Assembly: GCA_027011205.1 (NCBI GenBank)
Contig: JALVAL010000631.1
Coordinates: 1-45,444, forward strand
Source: Gammaproteobacteria bacterium
GTDB lineage: Bacteria > Pseudomonadota > Gammaproteobacteria > GRL18
Reading direction: 5' to 3'
DNA: 45,444 bases
Made by a program: the position numbers and the translations under genes. Of this stretch, positions 19,589 to 27,928 are shown piece by piece; the first letter of the stretch is position 1; each line of letters begins with the position of its first letter. Under the pieces are notes generated by a model. That model was given only the letters and a program-made list of their open reading frames with translations. It was not told the origin of the DNA and did not search any database.

Positions 19589-19617
19589 TTGTGAAGAGTC
19601 CCAAGGTATGGTATAAT
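19589..19617 (+). promoter_or_regulatory. Internal extended -10 promoter
   Basis: TTGTGA-17 nt-TATAAT with TGn, in an intergenic gap. Confidence 0.65.
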
Positions 19618-19679
19618 GGTCCTATCGCTGCTGGTGATACCAGCAATTACTAATATCTTATAAAAGGAGGTACATACTT

Positions 19680-19982
19680 ATGGATGTATCAAAGGCAGAA
19701 AGGGCATTTGAAAAAATGCCGGTGGAAGATGTTTTTGAACTCAATCCAGAAACCGGTGAGCTTTTTTGGAAGATCACCAGAAACAACAAAAAGGCCGGAA
19801 CACGTGCTGGCACTTTCCATGCAAGAAGTGGATTCAGGAAAATAATGTTCAATTACTGCAGTTTTTCTGAACACCAGATTGTGTGGAGGCTTGTACATGG
19901 GTATTGGCCAGAGAAGCCCATCATTCACATCAATGGAGATAAAACAGACAACAGACCAGAGAACTTGAAAGAGAAAGAATAA
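19680..19982 (+). CDS. HNH endonuclease (short, no C-terminal DNA-binding domain)
   Basis: HQIVW...IIHINGDKTDNRPENL. Confidence 0.8.
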   Translation: MDVSKAERAFEKMPVEDVFELNPETGELFWKITRNNKKAGTRAGTFHARSGFRKIMFNYCSFSEHQIVWRLVHGYWPEKPIIHINGDKTDNRPENLKEKE

Positions 19983-20371
19983 TGCGCAAACTTATCGAAG
20001 AATTTAAAGAAATCAAAGACGAATTGGCAAAGATCAAAGAACAAAAGAAGGAACTACAAAAGAAGTTCGATGAATATCGGTTCAAGTTGATTCCTGAGGC
20101 CATGGAAGAAGCCGGTTTGGAGCGTGCTACATTTGATGGGATAGGTACTGTGTATCTGACATCAGATATATACTTCAGTATTCCGGCACCCAAAAAGGAG
20201 GATGCTTTTAGATGGCTGCATCACCATGGTCACGGGGATCTTATCACGGAAACCGTGAATGCGTCCTCAGGAAAGGCTTGGGCAAAGGAGATGCTCCAGA
20301 AAGGTGAACAGTTACCTGAAGATTTATTTAAAATAACGCCTTATACCAGGGCAGTATTAAAGAAAGGATAA
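19982..20371 (+). CDS. Conserved phage replication-region protein (coiled-coil N-terminus)
   Basis: IPEAMEE and AFRWL...GDLI.ETVN motifs seen next to phage SSB/polymerase genes. Confidence 0.7.
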   Translation: MRKLIEEFKEIKDELAKIKEQKKELQKKFDEYRFKLIPEAMEEAGLERATFDGIGTVYLTSDIYFSIPAPKKEDAFRWLHHHGHGDLITETVNASSGKAWAKEMLQKGEQLPEDLFKITPYTRAVLKKG

Positions 20372-20376
20372 GAACG

Positions 20377-21075
20377 ATGACAGACGAAATTATGAAAACA
20401 GAAGGAATCATTACCGAAGAAAGACCGGACTGGATGGAGATTGAAGAGGGTGATAACAGGGGATCTGAAGAGGTCACACACGAAGACCTGATTATCCCAA
20501 GGCTCAGCATCATCCAGGGCTTGAGTCCGGAACTTAAGAAAAAGGATCCGGCTTATATCGAAGGTGCCGAAATCGGTATGATCTTTAACACTGTTACCCG
20601 TGAGCTTTATGGGGATTCAGTGGTGGTGATACCGGTACTCTTTAAGAAGTTTTATATCATCTGGAAGCTTCGAGATGAGGGTGGCGGATTTGCTGGCCAA
20701 TATGACACATTTAAAGAGGCTGAAAATGCACTTGTAGAATTTGAAGATCCAAACAAGTACGAGATAGTGGACACTCCAACAAACCTATGTTTGCTCCCAA
20801 ATGGCCAGGAAGTTATGGTACCCATGCCCAAATCCAAGGCCAAGGTAGCCAGGCAATGGAACAGCCTGGTGAGGATGGCAGGAGGGCCACGCTGGAGCCG
20901 TGCATATAAATTATACACGGTAGATGAGACATCAGATAAGGGTGATTATGTGAATTACGCTGTGGCCATGATAGGATATCCATCAAAGGAACTCTTTGAT
21001 AAGGCCACGGAGCTTTATGAACAAATTACCAGCGGTGCGGTGAATGTCTCTATGAATGAAGATGAGCCGTTTTAG
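20377..21075 (+). CDS. Putative phage ssDNA-binding protein
   Basis: IPRLSIIQGLSPE motif and acidic C-terminal DEPF tail. Confidence 0.65.
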   Translation: MTDEIMKTEGIITEERPDWMEIEEGDNRGSEEVTHEDLIIPRLSIIQGLSPELKKKDPAYIEGAEIGMIFNTVTRELYGDSVVVIPVLFKKFYIIWKLRDEGGGFAGQYDTFKEAENALVEFEDPNKYEIVDTPTNLCLLPNGQEVMVPMPKSKAKVARQWNSLVRMAGGPRWSRAYKLYTVDETSDKGDYVNYAVAMIGYPSKELFDKATELYEQITSGAVNVSMNEDEPF

Positions 21076-21114
21076 CAAATTGATCCGAATGAAAATCTTA
21101 CAGATTTCCATTTA

Positions 21115-22116
21115 GTGAACGTTAAGGTGATCATAGGCTGCCCTGGTGCAGGAAAGAGCACATATCTGGCCAGGGCAGCCAACCGGCTTGATCCCAAGAA
21201 AACTATAATAGTATCTTTTTCAAGAAAGGCTGCAAAAAGCATCAACAATAAACTTGGAAAAGAATATAGGGCTTCAACCATACATAGTTATTGTTGCAGG
21301 GCATCAGGTATAAGACCTGAAGACATTATAACAGACTATGATATATCAAAAGAAGCTATGGAGGTATACAACCATGCATGTAACATAACTGAAGAGATGA
21401 TAACTGAAGAAAGCATTATTGAAGCATGTTTGCATAAAGGGTATTACAACATTGATGAAATCACAGATGAAATAAGCAAATACATACAATATAAGGAGGA
21501 CCACGTACTTTATGACTTTAATGATATGTTAAAAGTGTTCACTCCATATAAGGTGCCGGAAAACTTGCTTATAGATGAGGCCCAGGACTTATATCCGGCT
21601 TTAAAAGGGGTAATAGACAGGCTCATAAAAGCCGGACTTAAGAATTTGTGGCTTGTTGGAGATCCGGACCAGTGCATATACCAATTCAACGGATCAGATC
21701 CAAAGATTATGACTTCATATGGTGGAGAAATCAAATATCTGGATCAATCACACAGATGCCCAGAAGAGGTAGTGAAATTTGCTAAACAAATCTTGCCGCA
21801 TGCAAGATTTAAACCTACAGATAATAAAGGGGAGGTGATATATACAGATAAGATCCCAAAAGATGCAGAAGTTGTTCTTGTAAGAACCAAGTATGTGCAG
21901 GTAAATAGTGATAAGACTATGACTATGCACAAAGCAAAGGGACTTCAATGGAACAGAGTTGCAATATATGATGACATAGGGAGTACAAAAGTAAACGTTA
22001 ATAACGAAGAAGAGAAACGATTAATGTATACTGCTATTACAAGAAGCCGTGATGTGGTATATATTGTGAAAGGAAACTATGATTATTTATATCGATACAG
22101 AAACGACTGGCGTTAA
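21115..22116 (+). CDS. Minimal UvrD/Rep-like superfamily 1 helicase
   Basis: GCPGAGKS, TIHS, IDEAQD, VGDPDQCIY, SHRCP, TMHKAKGLQW and YTAITR. Confidence 0.92.
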   Translation: MNVKVIIGCPGAGKSTYLARAANRLDPKKTIIVSFSRKAAKSINNKLGKEYRASTIHSYCCRASGIRPEDIITDYDISKEAMEVYNHACNITEEMITEESIIEACLHKGYYNIDEITDEISKYIQYKEDHVLYDFNDMLKVFTPYKVPENLLIDEAQDLYPALKGVIDRLIKAGLKNLWLVGDPDQCIYQFNGSDPKIMTSYGGEIKYLDQSHRCPEEVVKFAKQILPHARFKPTDNKGEVIYTDKIPKDAEVVLVRTKYVQVNSDKTMTMHKAKGLQWNRVAIYDDIGSTKVNVNNEEEKRLMYTAITRSRDVVYIVKGNYDYLYRYRNDWR

Positions 22117-23806
22117 TTTGTTCACTGGTGATAAGATATTCGGTATAAGCTGGGCATTGGGTGATACTGAACCCAGGTACATTGATGTGCGAAATCAGGA
22201 TATTGCACCATTTAAACGAGACCTTAATAAAGCAGATCTGGTGGTCGCACATAATGTAAAGTTTGATGCTCATGCTCTTTATCAAATAGGCATAGACCTT
22301 ATCCATTATAACTTGGATTGCACAATGGTGCGTGCTCAGCTTCTTGATGAGCACAAGTTCAATTATGACCTGGATAGTCTGACCGGTGAAAAGTTGGACA
22401 TTATAGATGATCTGGCGGACATGTTTGGGGGCAAGGCCACCAAGAATGTACAGATGAAAAATCTGCATAAAGTATCGCCAGAATTTGTGGCCAGGTATGC
22501 CAAGCAGGATATTGTTGCACTCCGCAAGCTTTATAAGGAACAAGAGGAGCAGGAATTTCCGCCTGTATATGAGCTTGAGCGGAAAGTAATCAAGGTGCTG
22601 ATCCAGATGGAAAGAAGGGGTATCAGGGTAGATACCGGCAAAATTGATGAGACTATTTATTCTGTCAAAAAGATGATAGATGCCAAGCAAAAGGAGCTTG
22701 ATAGCATTGCCGGAAAGCATCTTAATGTAAATTCTACTCCTCAGATGCGGGGATTTCTGGTAAAGAAAAGGCTCAAGAGCGGGAAATTTGAGCTTGTAGA
22801 TGGCACTATAGCGGGGGCCACCAAGGCTGATGCTGCGTCTCTTGATGCTGATACCCTCAAGCAAATGACATATCCGCCGGCAAAGCTGATATTGGATATC
22901 AGAAGGTATAAAAAGATCCTTGATACTTTTTTGGTGTCTCAGATTCAGGGGCATTTGGTAAATGGACGTGTACATCCCAATTTCAATCAGACCAGGGTGG
23001 TAACAGGCAGGCTTTCATGCAACAGTCCAAATTTGCAGGCTATTCCCAAAAGGGATCCTGAAATGAAGAAGTTGCTCCGGAGCTTGTTTATTCCAGAAGA
23101 GGGCGCAAAGCTTCTGAGGTGTGATTATGAGCAGAGCGATGTGAGAGGGTTTGCACATTATATATCGCTCAGGGATCCTGACCATCCTATTAAAAAGGCA
23201 TATCAAAAGGACCCGTACACTGATTTTCACACTTTGGTTGCTGAAATGATGGACATTCCCAGGGACCCTAACCCAGAAACAGGTAATGCTAAGCAACTTA
23301 ACCTTGCTCAGATTTTTGGTATGGGTGCAGGAAAGCTTGCACAAACCATGGGGCTTAATTACACCATAAATGAAGAAGGCTTTCTGGTGCCAGGAGAAGA
23401 GGCTCAAAGGTTATTTGATTTATATCACGAGACCATACCAGGAGTGGGTAACATGTCTAAAAAAGCTGCGCACCGTGCAAGGCTCAGGGGATATGTAATA
23501 TCTATCCTGGGAAGGTACCTCAGGTTTCCGGATAAAAGATTCTGTCATAAGGCAGCTGGATACCTGTATCAAGCATGGACAGCGGATATCATAAAAGCAG
23601 CTATGGTAAGCACCTATAAAGTGCAGCCTCTCCATTTATCGGTGCACGATGAGCTTATATTTTCAGTATATGATATGGAGCTTATCAGCGTGATCAAGCA
23701 CAAAATGGAAAGTGTGCTGGATGGAATATCTGATATCCCAATTCGTACTGTACCAGAAATAGGCGACAATTGGGCATCTACTAAACCAATAACCGAAGGT
23801 TATTGA
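22079..23806 (+). CDS. dpoZ: Family A DNA polymerase with 3'-5' exonuclease, DpoZ-like
   Basis: DTETTG, HNVKFD, YAKQD, TGRLS..PNLQ.IP, motif A CDYEQSD, motif B KQLNLAQIFGMG and motif C VHDE. Family A is certain; the dpoZ label is inferred from purZ linkage and the F-for-Y change in motif B. Confidence 0.75.
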   Translation: MIIYIDTETTGVNLFTGDKIFGISWALGDTEPRYIDVRNQDIAPFKRDLNKADLVVAHNVKFDAHALYQIGIDLIHYNLDCTMVRAQLLDEHKFNYDLDSLTGEKLDIIDDLADMFGGKATKNVQMKNLHKVSPEFVARYAKQDIVALRKLYKEQEEQEFPPVYELERKVIKVLIQMERRGIRVDTGKIDETIYSVKKMIDAKQKELDSIAGKHLNVNSTPQMRGFLVKKRLKSGKFELVDGTIAGATKADAASLDADTLKQMTYPPAKLILDIRRYKKILDTFLVSQIQGHLVNGRVHPNFNQTRVVTGRLSCNSPNLQAIPKRDPEMKKLLRSLFIPEEGAKLLRCDYEQSDVRGFAHYISLRDPDHPIKKAYQKDPYTDFHTLVAEMMDIPRDPNPETGNAKQLNLAQIFGMGAGKLAQTMGLNYTINEEGFLVPGEEAQRLFDLYHETIPGVGNMSKKAAHRARLRGYVISILGRYLRFPDKRFCHKAAGYLYQAWTADIIKAAMVSTYKVQPLHLSVHDELIFSVYDMELISVIKHKMESVLDGISDIPIRTVPEIGDNWASTKPITEGY

Positions 23807-23845
23807 TTCGGATCAGTGAAAGGAAAAAAGAAAAGGAGAAACGAA

Positions 23846-24220
23846 ATGAATCAAGCAATACTTATTGGAAACCTTGGAAATGACCCAGAACTATCATACA
23901 GCAGAAACGGTGACCCATATACCAAATTTAACATAGCCACCAATGAAAGAGATGGCAAGACCAACTGGCACCGCATCATATGTTTTGGTAAGACTGCTGA
24001 AAACTGTGAAAGGTACCTCAAAAAAGGTAGCAAAGTAGCTGTGTTGGGTAGAATTGAGTATGGCCAGTATGAAGACAGAGATGGTATAACCAGATATACC
24101 ACGGACATCATTGCATTTAACGTGGAATTTTTAGACACCAAAACCGATAACAATAATAAGCATATTCCACCAACAAGATATAAAAAGAGGTTTGACGATG
24201 AATCCGATATCCCATTTTAA
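23846..24220 (+). CDS. ssb: Single-stranded DNA-binding protein (bacterial type)
   Basis: MNQAILIGNLGNDPE, WHRI, YLKKGSKV and C-terminal DIPF. Confidence 0.95.
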   Translation: MNQAILIGNLGNDPELSYSRNGDPYTKFNIATNERDGKTNWHRIICFGKTAENCERYLKKGSKVAVLGRIEYGQYEDRDGITRYTTDIIAFNVEFLDTKTDNNNKHIPPTRYKKRFDDESDIPF

Positions 24221-24506
24221 ACAATGCAGCACCTCTGAATGCCACAACAGAGCTGTAGCTAAGTCAACGCTTACTGGCCAGTTTTATTGTATAAGATGCG
24301 CCATACAAACTACTGTTAATATTGGACCAGATGCAGTGGAAACTTTACCCGATGCAGTGTGGCCATGGAATGACACTATAACATGCAGGTCATGTGGCAG
24401 GTTGGTATCATTGCAATTGCTGCATCGAAATAACACCTGTCCATTTTGTGCAAAAGAAGCCATTAAACTAAATGTAGAATACTTAGAAGGAGTTGGACAT
24501 GATTGA
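24198..24506 (+). CDS. Cys-rich (two zinc-finger) hypothetical protein
   Basis: Four Cys pairs (C-x4-C, CxxC, CxxC, CPFC); overlaps ssb and purZ. Confidence 0.65.
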   Translation: MNPISHFKQCSTSECHNRAVAKSTLTGQFYCIRCAIQTTVNIGPDAVETLPDAVWPWNDTITCRSCGRLVSLQLLHRNNTCPFCAKEAIKLNVEYLEGVGHD

Positions 24507-25443
24507 TCCCGAAGTACACATAATTTGTGGAATGCAATTTGGAAGCGAAGGAAAACGCCTATTCCTGGATGTATATTCCAGGTATTTTGAGCCTGATGTC
24601 ATTGTAACGAATGCCTATCCTAATTCTGGTGGATATGATGGTAAAGGCAAAAAATGGTCAGCCATCCCATGTAGTTACCATGCAACAATAATGATATCGC
24701 CTGGATCTGCCATCAATATGGCAGCATTGAGAAGAGAAGGACACGGAAAAGAGGTACTTATCCATAAGAACGCTGCAGTGGTAAATAGTCATGCCTTGGA
24801 AGCTGAAAAGGAACTTGTCAGGATTGGGTCCACCATGACAGGGGGAATGGAAGCTGTAGTAACTAAAATGCGAAGAAATAGTGGTATAAAATGCACCGCT
24901 GGGCAGTGGCATTTAGAAGGAGTAATCAATAATGATGAATGGTTCGATAGGCTTTTATCAGCTAAAAGAATCCTGGTATTTGTTGCCCAGGGGCATAGCC
25001 TATCACTTAATTTTGGGATGTGGCCACATTGCACATCCAGGAATACCTCACCCCAGCAGGCTCTTGCAGATGCAGGCATCCCTATTCAGTGGGTAAAGCG
25101 AATAATAGGCTGTGCTCGTACATACCCTATCAGAGTTGCTAATAGATATGATGATAACGGCAATATGATAGGGTGGTCAGGCCCATGTTATCCGGATCAG
25201 AAGGAGATCACCTGGGAAGATATAGGAGTGCCACCTGAATATACCAGTATCAGCAAAAAGAAACGTAGAGTATTTACGTTTTCTGTGAAGCAATATAAGG
25301 AAGCTTTGCTTACCAATGGCATCACTGATGTTTTTCTTAATTTTATGAATTATGATCCTGATTTTGATGTTCCTGAAGAAGTATCATGGTGGGGTTGGGG
25401 ACCAAAATTGGAAGATATTGAATGGTACCCCACAAGAAATTAA
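24499..25443 (+). CDS. purZ: PurZ, N6-succino-2-amino-2'-deoxyadenylate synthase (adenylosuccinate synthetase paralogue)
   Basis: QFGSEGK (Ser for the PurA catalytic Asp), IGSTMTG, AQG, PHCTSR, RTYPIRV, WSGPCYPDQKEITW, RRVFTFS and NFMN; adjacent to MazG and HD genes. Confidence 0.9.
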   Translation: MIDPEVHIICGMQFGSEGKRLFLDVYSRYFEPDVIVTNAYPNSGGYDGKGKKWSAIPCSYHATIMISPGSAINMAALRREGHGKEVLIHKNAAVVNSHALEAEKELVRIGSTMTGGMEAVVTKMRRNSGIKCTAGQWHLEGVINNDEWFDRLLSAKRILVFVAQGHSLSLNFGMWPHCTSRNTSPQQALADAGIPIQWVKRIIGCARTYPIRVANRYDDNGNMIGWSGPCYPDQKEITWEDIGVPPEYTSISKKKRRVFTFSVKQYKEALLTNGITDVFLNFMNYDPDFDVPEEVSWWGWGPKLEDIEWYPTRN

Positions 25444-25451
25444 TTTGTCCG

Positions 25452-25745
25452 ATGATTAAAATAAATATAGAGCACCCCACTACCATGGCAGCCATTACGG
25501 TGTGGGGTGCCAAAGGCCAAATTGCTATTTTACAAGAGGAATGTGCTGAACTTATATCCGCTACTGCTCGATTTAACAGGGAAAGAACAGGTACGGATCC
25601 TGTTGCAGAAGAGGTGGCGGACGTTATCGTTTCACTCATGTCAGTAATCAATGTCCTGGACATCGAAGAACAAGTTAAATTACATATGAACCACAAAATC
25701 AAACGACTTGAAAGGAGAATTAATGAAATATCCAGCACCGTTTAA
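25452..25745 (+). CDS. mazZ: MazG-like NTP pyrophosphohydrolase (MazZ role, dGTP to dGMP)
   Basis: EECAEL...EEVADV acidic MazG motif, immediately after purZ. Confidence 0.75.
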   Translation: MIKINIEHPTTMAAITVWGAKGQIAILQEECAELISATARFNRERTGTDPVAEEVADVIVSLMSVINVLDIEEQVKLHMNHKIKRLERRINEISSTV

Positions 25746-26148
25746 AGATAATGAAGCTTTAAGGATGCAATATATATCTAGATGGGGCATTATATCTATG
25801 AACCGTCAACAATCTGTAGCAGAGCATTGCTACAACGCTATGGTTTATGTTACCAAAATCTGTAAACTGGTAGGCAAATCACCGGAAAAGTATGTGATGT
25901 ACTTGCTTTTTCATGAACTTGATGAAGCATATACTGGAGATATCCCATCACCGCTTAAAGATAAAGAGCCTATTTATTACGGCTGCCCCATATGTAAACT
26001 GGCGGATATGGTTGAAGCATATGTATATCTTAACAATCATTGTAATGATACGTCTGAAATAAGACTATGGGTAAGAAACCGGCTTGAAGAAAAAATGAAA
26101 CCGCTTCTTAAAATGCTCAATCTTAAACTTGAGGACATAACCAAATGA
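25723..26148 (+). CDS. datZ: HD-domain dATP triphosphohydrolase
   Basis: RW, SVAEH, HELDEAYTGDIPSP and KLAD; located in the purZ cluster. Confidence 0.82.
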   Translation: MKYPAPFKDNEALRMQYISRWGIISMNRQQSVAEHCYNAMVYVTKICKLVGKSPEKYVMYLLFHELDEAYTGDIPSPLKDKEPIYYGCPICKLADMVEAYVYLNNHCNDTSEIRLWVRNRLEEKMKPLLKMLNLKLEDITK

Positions 26149-26732
26149 ACAAATACCTATTTGTAGATACAGAAACCACAGGGTTTAATCCAAGCATTCA
26201 CACGGTGCACCAGGTGGCAGGTATTATTTCCATAGATGGGAAAGAGGTTGATGAGTTCAATTTTGAAATGCGACCACATCCAGATAAGCAAATAGAAGAA
26301 AAGGCCCTGGCGGTTTCAGGACTCAAAATATCTGACGTTATTTCACGAGACCTTACATCTGGCCAGGCATGCACAGAATTTCGGCTGATATTGGAGCAGC
26401 ATGTTGATAAATATAATAAGGCAGATAAATTCATCCTTGTGGCTTATAATGCTTCATTTGATGCAAGTTTTTTGAATGCCTGGTTCAAATCCCATGGTAA
26501 CGACTTCTTTTTTGGTCTGGTTCATGGTGGTGCTTATCTGGATCCGCTACAGTTGGCACTATTCCTGGAGATAAAAGAAAAGAAACGCATATTTCTGCCA
26601 AATCGAAAGCTTGAAACTGTAGCCAGTACCCTGGGGATCAAGCTTGATAACGCACATGATGCTCTGGCAGATATCAGAGCCACAAAGCAAGTGTTATCAG
26701 AACTCTGGAAGAGGTTATTCAAAAATGAGTGA
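26145..26732 (+). CDS. DEDDh 3'-5' exonuclease (DnaQ-like)
   Basis: DTETTG, AYNASFD and AHDALAD. Confidence 0.92.
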   Translation: MNKYLFVDTETTGFNPSIHTVHQVAGIISIDGKEVDEFNFEMRPHPDKQIEEKALAVSGLKISDVISRDLTSGQACTEFRLILEQHVDKYNKADKFILVAYNASFDASFLNAWFKSHGNDFFFGLVHGGAYLDPLQLALFLEIKEKKRIFLPNRKLETVASTLGIKLDNAHDALADIRATKQVLSELWKRLFKNE

Positions 26733-27027
26733 AAAGACACTTTGGAGATGGTTAAGGGATCATGGGTTTGATGGCCTTCGCATTGAGGGATGCAGCACTC
26801 CGGTGGGCATGCCCGATGTTATCACGCCAGAGGGATTTGTAGAGCTTAAAGACTGGTCAGGAAATACCAGGCACACTCTCACCAGGGAGCAATTAAGTTT
26901 CCTGGAGAAATATGGAGGTAGCTGTATAGTGAAAACTAAAACCGGTGTATACCAAATAAAAGACTGTTTTGAAAATTTGCTGGAATATTGCCCTGAATGG
27001 GTTGAAAAACATGGAAGAAAAGTTTAA
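26725..27027 (+). CDS. PD-(D/E)xK nuclease (VRR-NUC / Holliday junction resolvase-like)
   Basis: MSEK, GMPDV, FVELK and EQ. Confidence 0.8.
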   Translation: MSEKTLWRWLRDHGFDGLRIEGCSTPVGMPDVITPEGFVELKDWSGNTRHTLTREQLSFLEKYGGSCIVKTKTGVYQIKDCFENLLEYCPEWVEKHGRKV

Positions 27028-27313
27028 ATTCAAAAAACCCGTACTTTCACCAGAACAGAAGTTGATCGTTGCTATTATAAAGCAAGCTATACGAGATTCA
27101 AAACTTAAACCAGGGATCAATATGGAGCAAGATGCCTGTATTCAGTCTGCCAAGGACTTTTTATCTGGTGGAAGTGGTATGCTGCAAATGTACTTGGAAT
27201 TGCTTGGGATAGATGCTGAATCTGGTATACAAATAATAAATCGAATGATTAAAAAAATAAATAAACCAGACGGTAGACATGACACAAAACACTTACAGGC
27301 TCGTAATAAATAA
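27011..27313 (+). CDS. Hypothetical protein
   Basis: PEQKLIVAIIKQAIRD...AKDFL motif common in phage proteins. Confidence 0.65.
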   Translation: MEEKFKFKKPVLSPEQKLIVAIIKQAIRDSKLKPGINMEQDACIQSAKDFLSGGSGMLQMYLELLGIDAESGIQIINRMIKKINKPDGRHDTKHLQARNK

Positions 27314-27335
27314 AAATGTAGGAGGAATTGAGATA

Positions 27336-27524
27336 ATGAGAATAATGTTGTTAATGATAGTGCTGTGTTTTATGGTGATATTTTTATTGCTCCCATTGTA
27401 TCATGCAGCTAATGGAAACTTTGTTGGGATATTGATAGTAATTGGAGAAATATTATTGTTTTTTCATGGGTATGAGTTTGTAAAAAAATCACAAAAACAA
27501 GCAAAAGAAGAGGCATCGATATGA
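27336..27524 (+). CDS. Small two-TM membrane protein
   Basis: RBS AGGAGG; two hydrophobic stretches. Confidence 0.6.
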   Translation: MRIMLLMIVLCFMVIFLLLPLYHAANGNFVGILIVIGEILLFFHGYEFVKKSQKQAKEEASI

Positions 27525-27697
27525 ATTTTATACCGATTAGTTACTACTACACTTGGTTAATTCATGAAGATATGTCAATTGAGCAAACATTATGGCATAT
27601 AAGACAGGCGTTTCGTGAAGGCCAAATATCCCTAATAGAGTATCAAAGACTTTTTAACCATGTAAAAAGTATAGAAAAAGAAAATTTTGGAGAATGA
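27521..27697 (+). CDS. Hypothetical protein (58 aa)
   Basis: ATGA overlaps on both sides; MNFIPISYYYTWLIHED...FGE; below the ORF-track cutoff. Confidence 0.6.
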   Translation: MNFIPISYYYTWLIHEDMSIEQTLWHIRQAFREGQISLIEYQRLFNHVKSIEKENFGE

Positions 27698-27909
27698 CAA
27701 TGATGAAAATAATAATAACAATTGTTATGATAGCCTGTATGATATTTTTTATATTAAATGCCAATGTTATAATTACTAAGGTATTCGGCCCTGTTAAAAT
27801 GCCGTTTGAAGTAAAAGCCTGTATGGAACGCCATGCAAATATGATCCATTGTGATAAGCAGTATGATTATTGGTTTTCATGGTGTCACCATGAAAATAGA
27901 TATTTTTAA
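27694..27909 (+). CDS. Small membrane-anchored protein
   Basis: Hydrophobic N-terminus; ATGA overlap. Confidence 0.55.
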   Translation: MTMMKIIITIVMIACMIFFILNANVIITKVFGPVKMPFEVKACMERHANMIHCDKQYDYWFSWCHHENRYF

Positions 27910-27928
27910 TATATGGAGAAGATTGAAA

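Noticed and set aside
22037..22975. 312-aa antisense ORF inside the polymerase (likewise 15107..15847, 8498..9142 and 9552..10184)
   Set aside because: Shadow ORFs opposite well-supported genes, with no motifs or RBS.
17922..24506. Shared (I/L)NVEYL peptide in two small ORFs
   Set aside because: Too short, and in different contexts (N- vs C-terminal); probably coincidence.
24499..25443. Ordinary purA auxiliary metabolic gene
   Set aside because: Ser replaces the catalytic Asp, NFMN replaces the GTP-specific TKLD, and MazG and HD hydrolase genes are adjacent.
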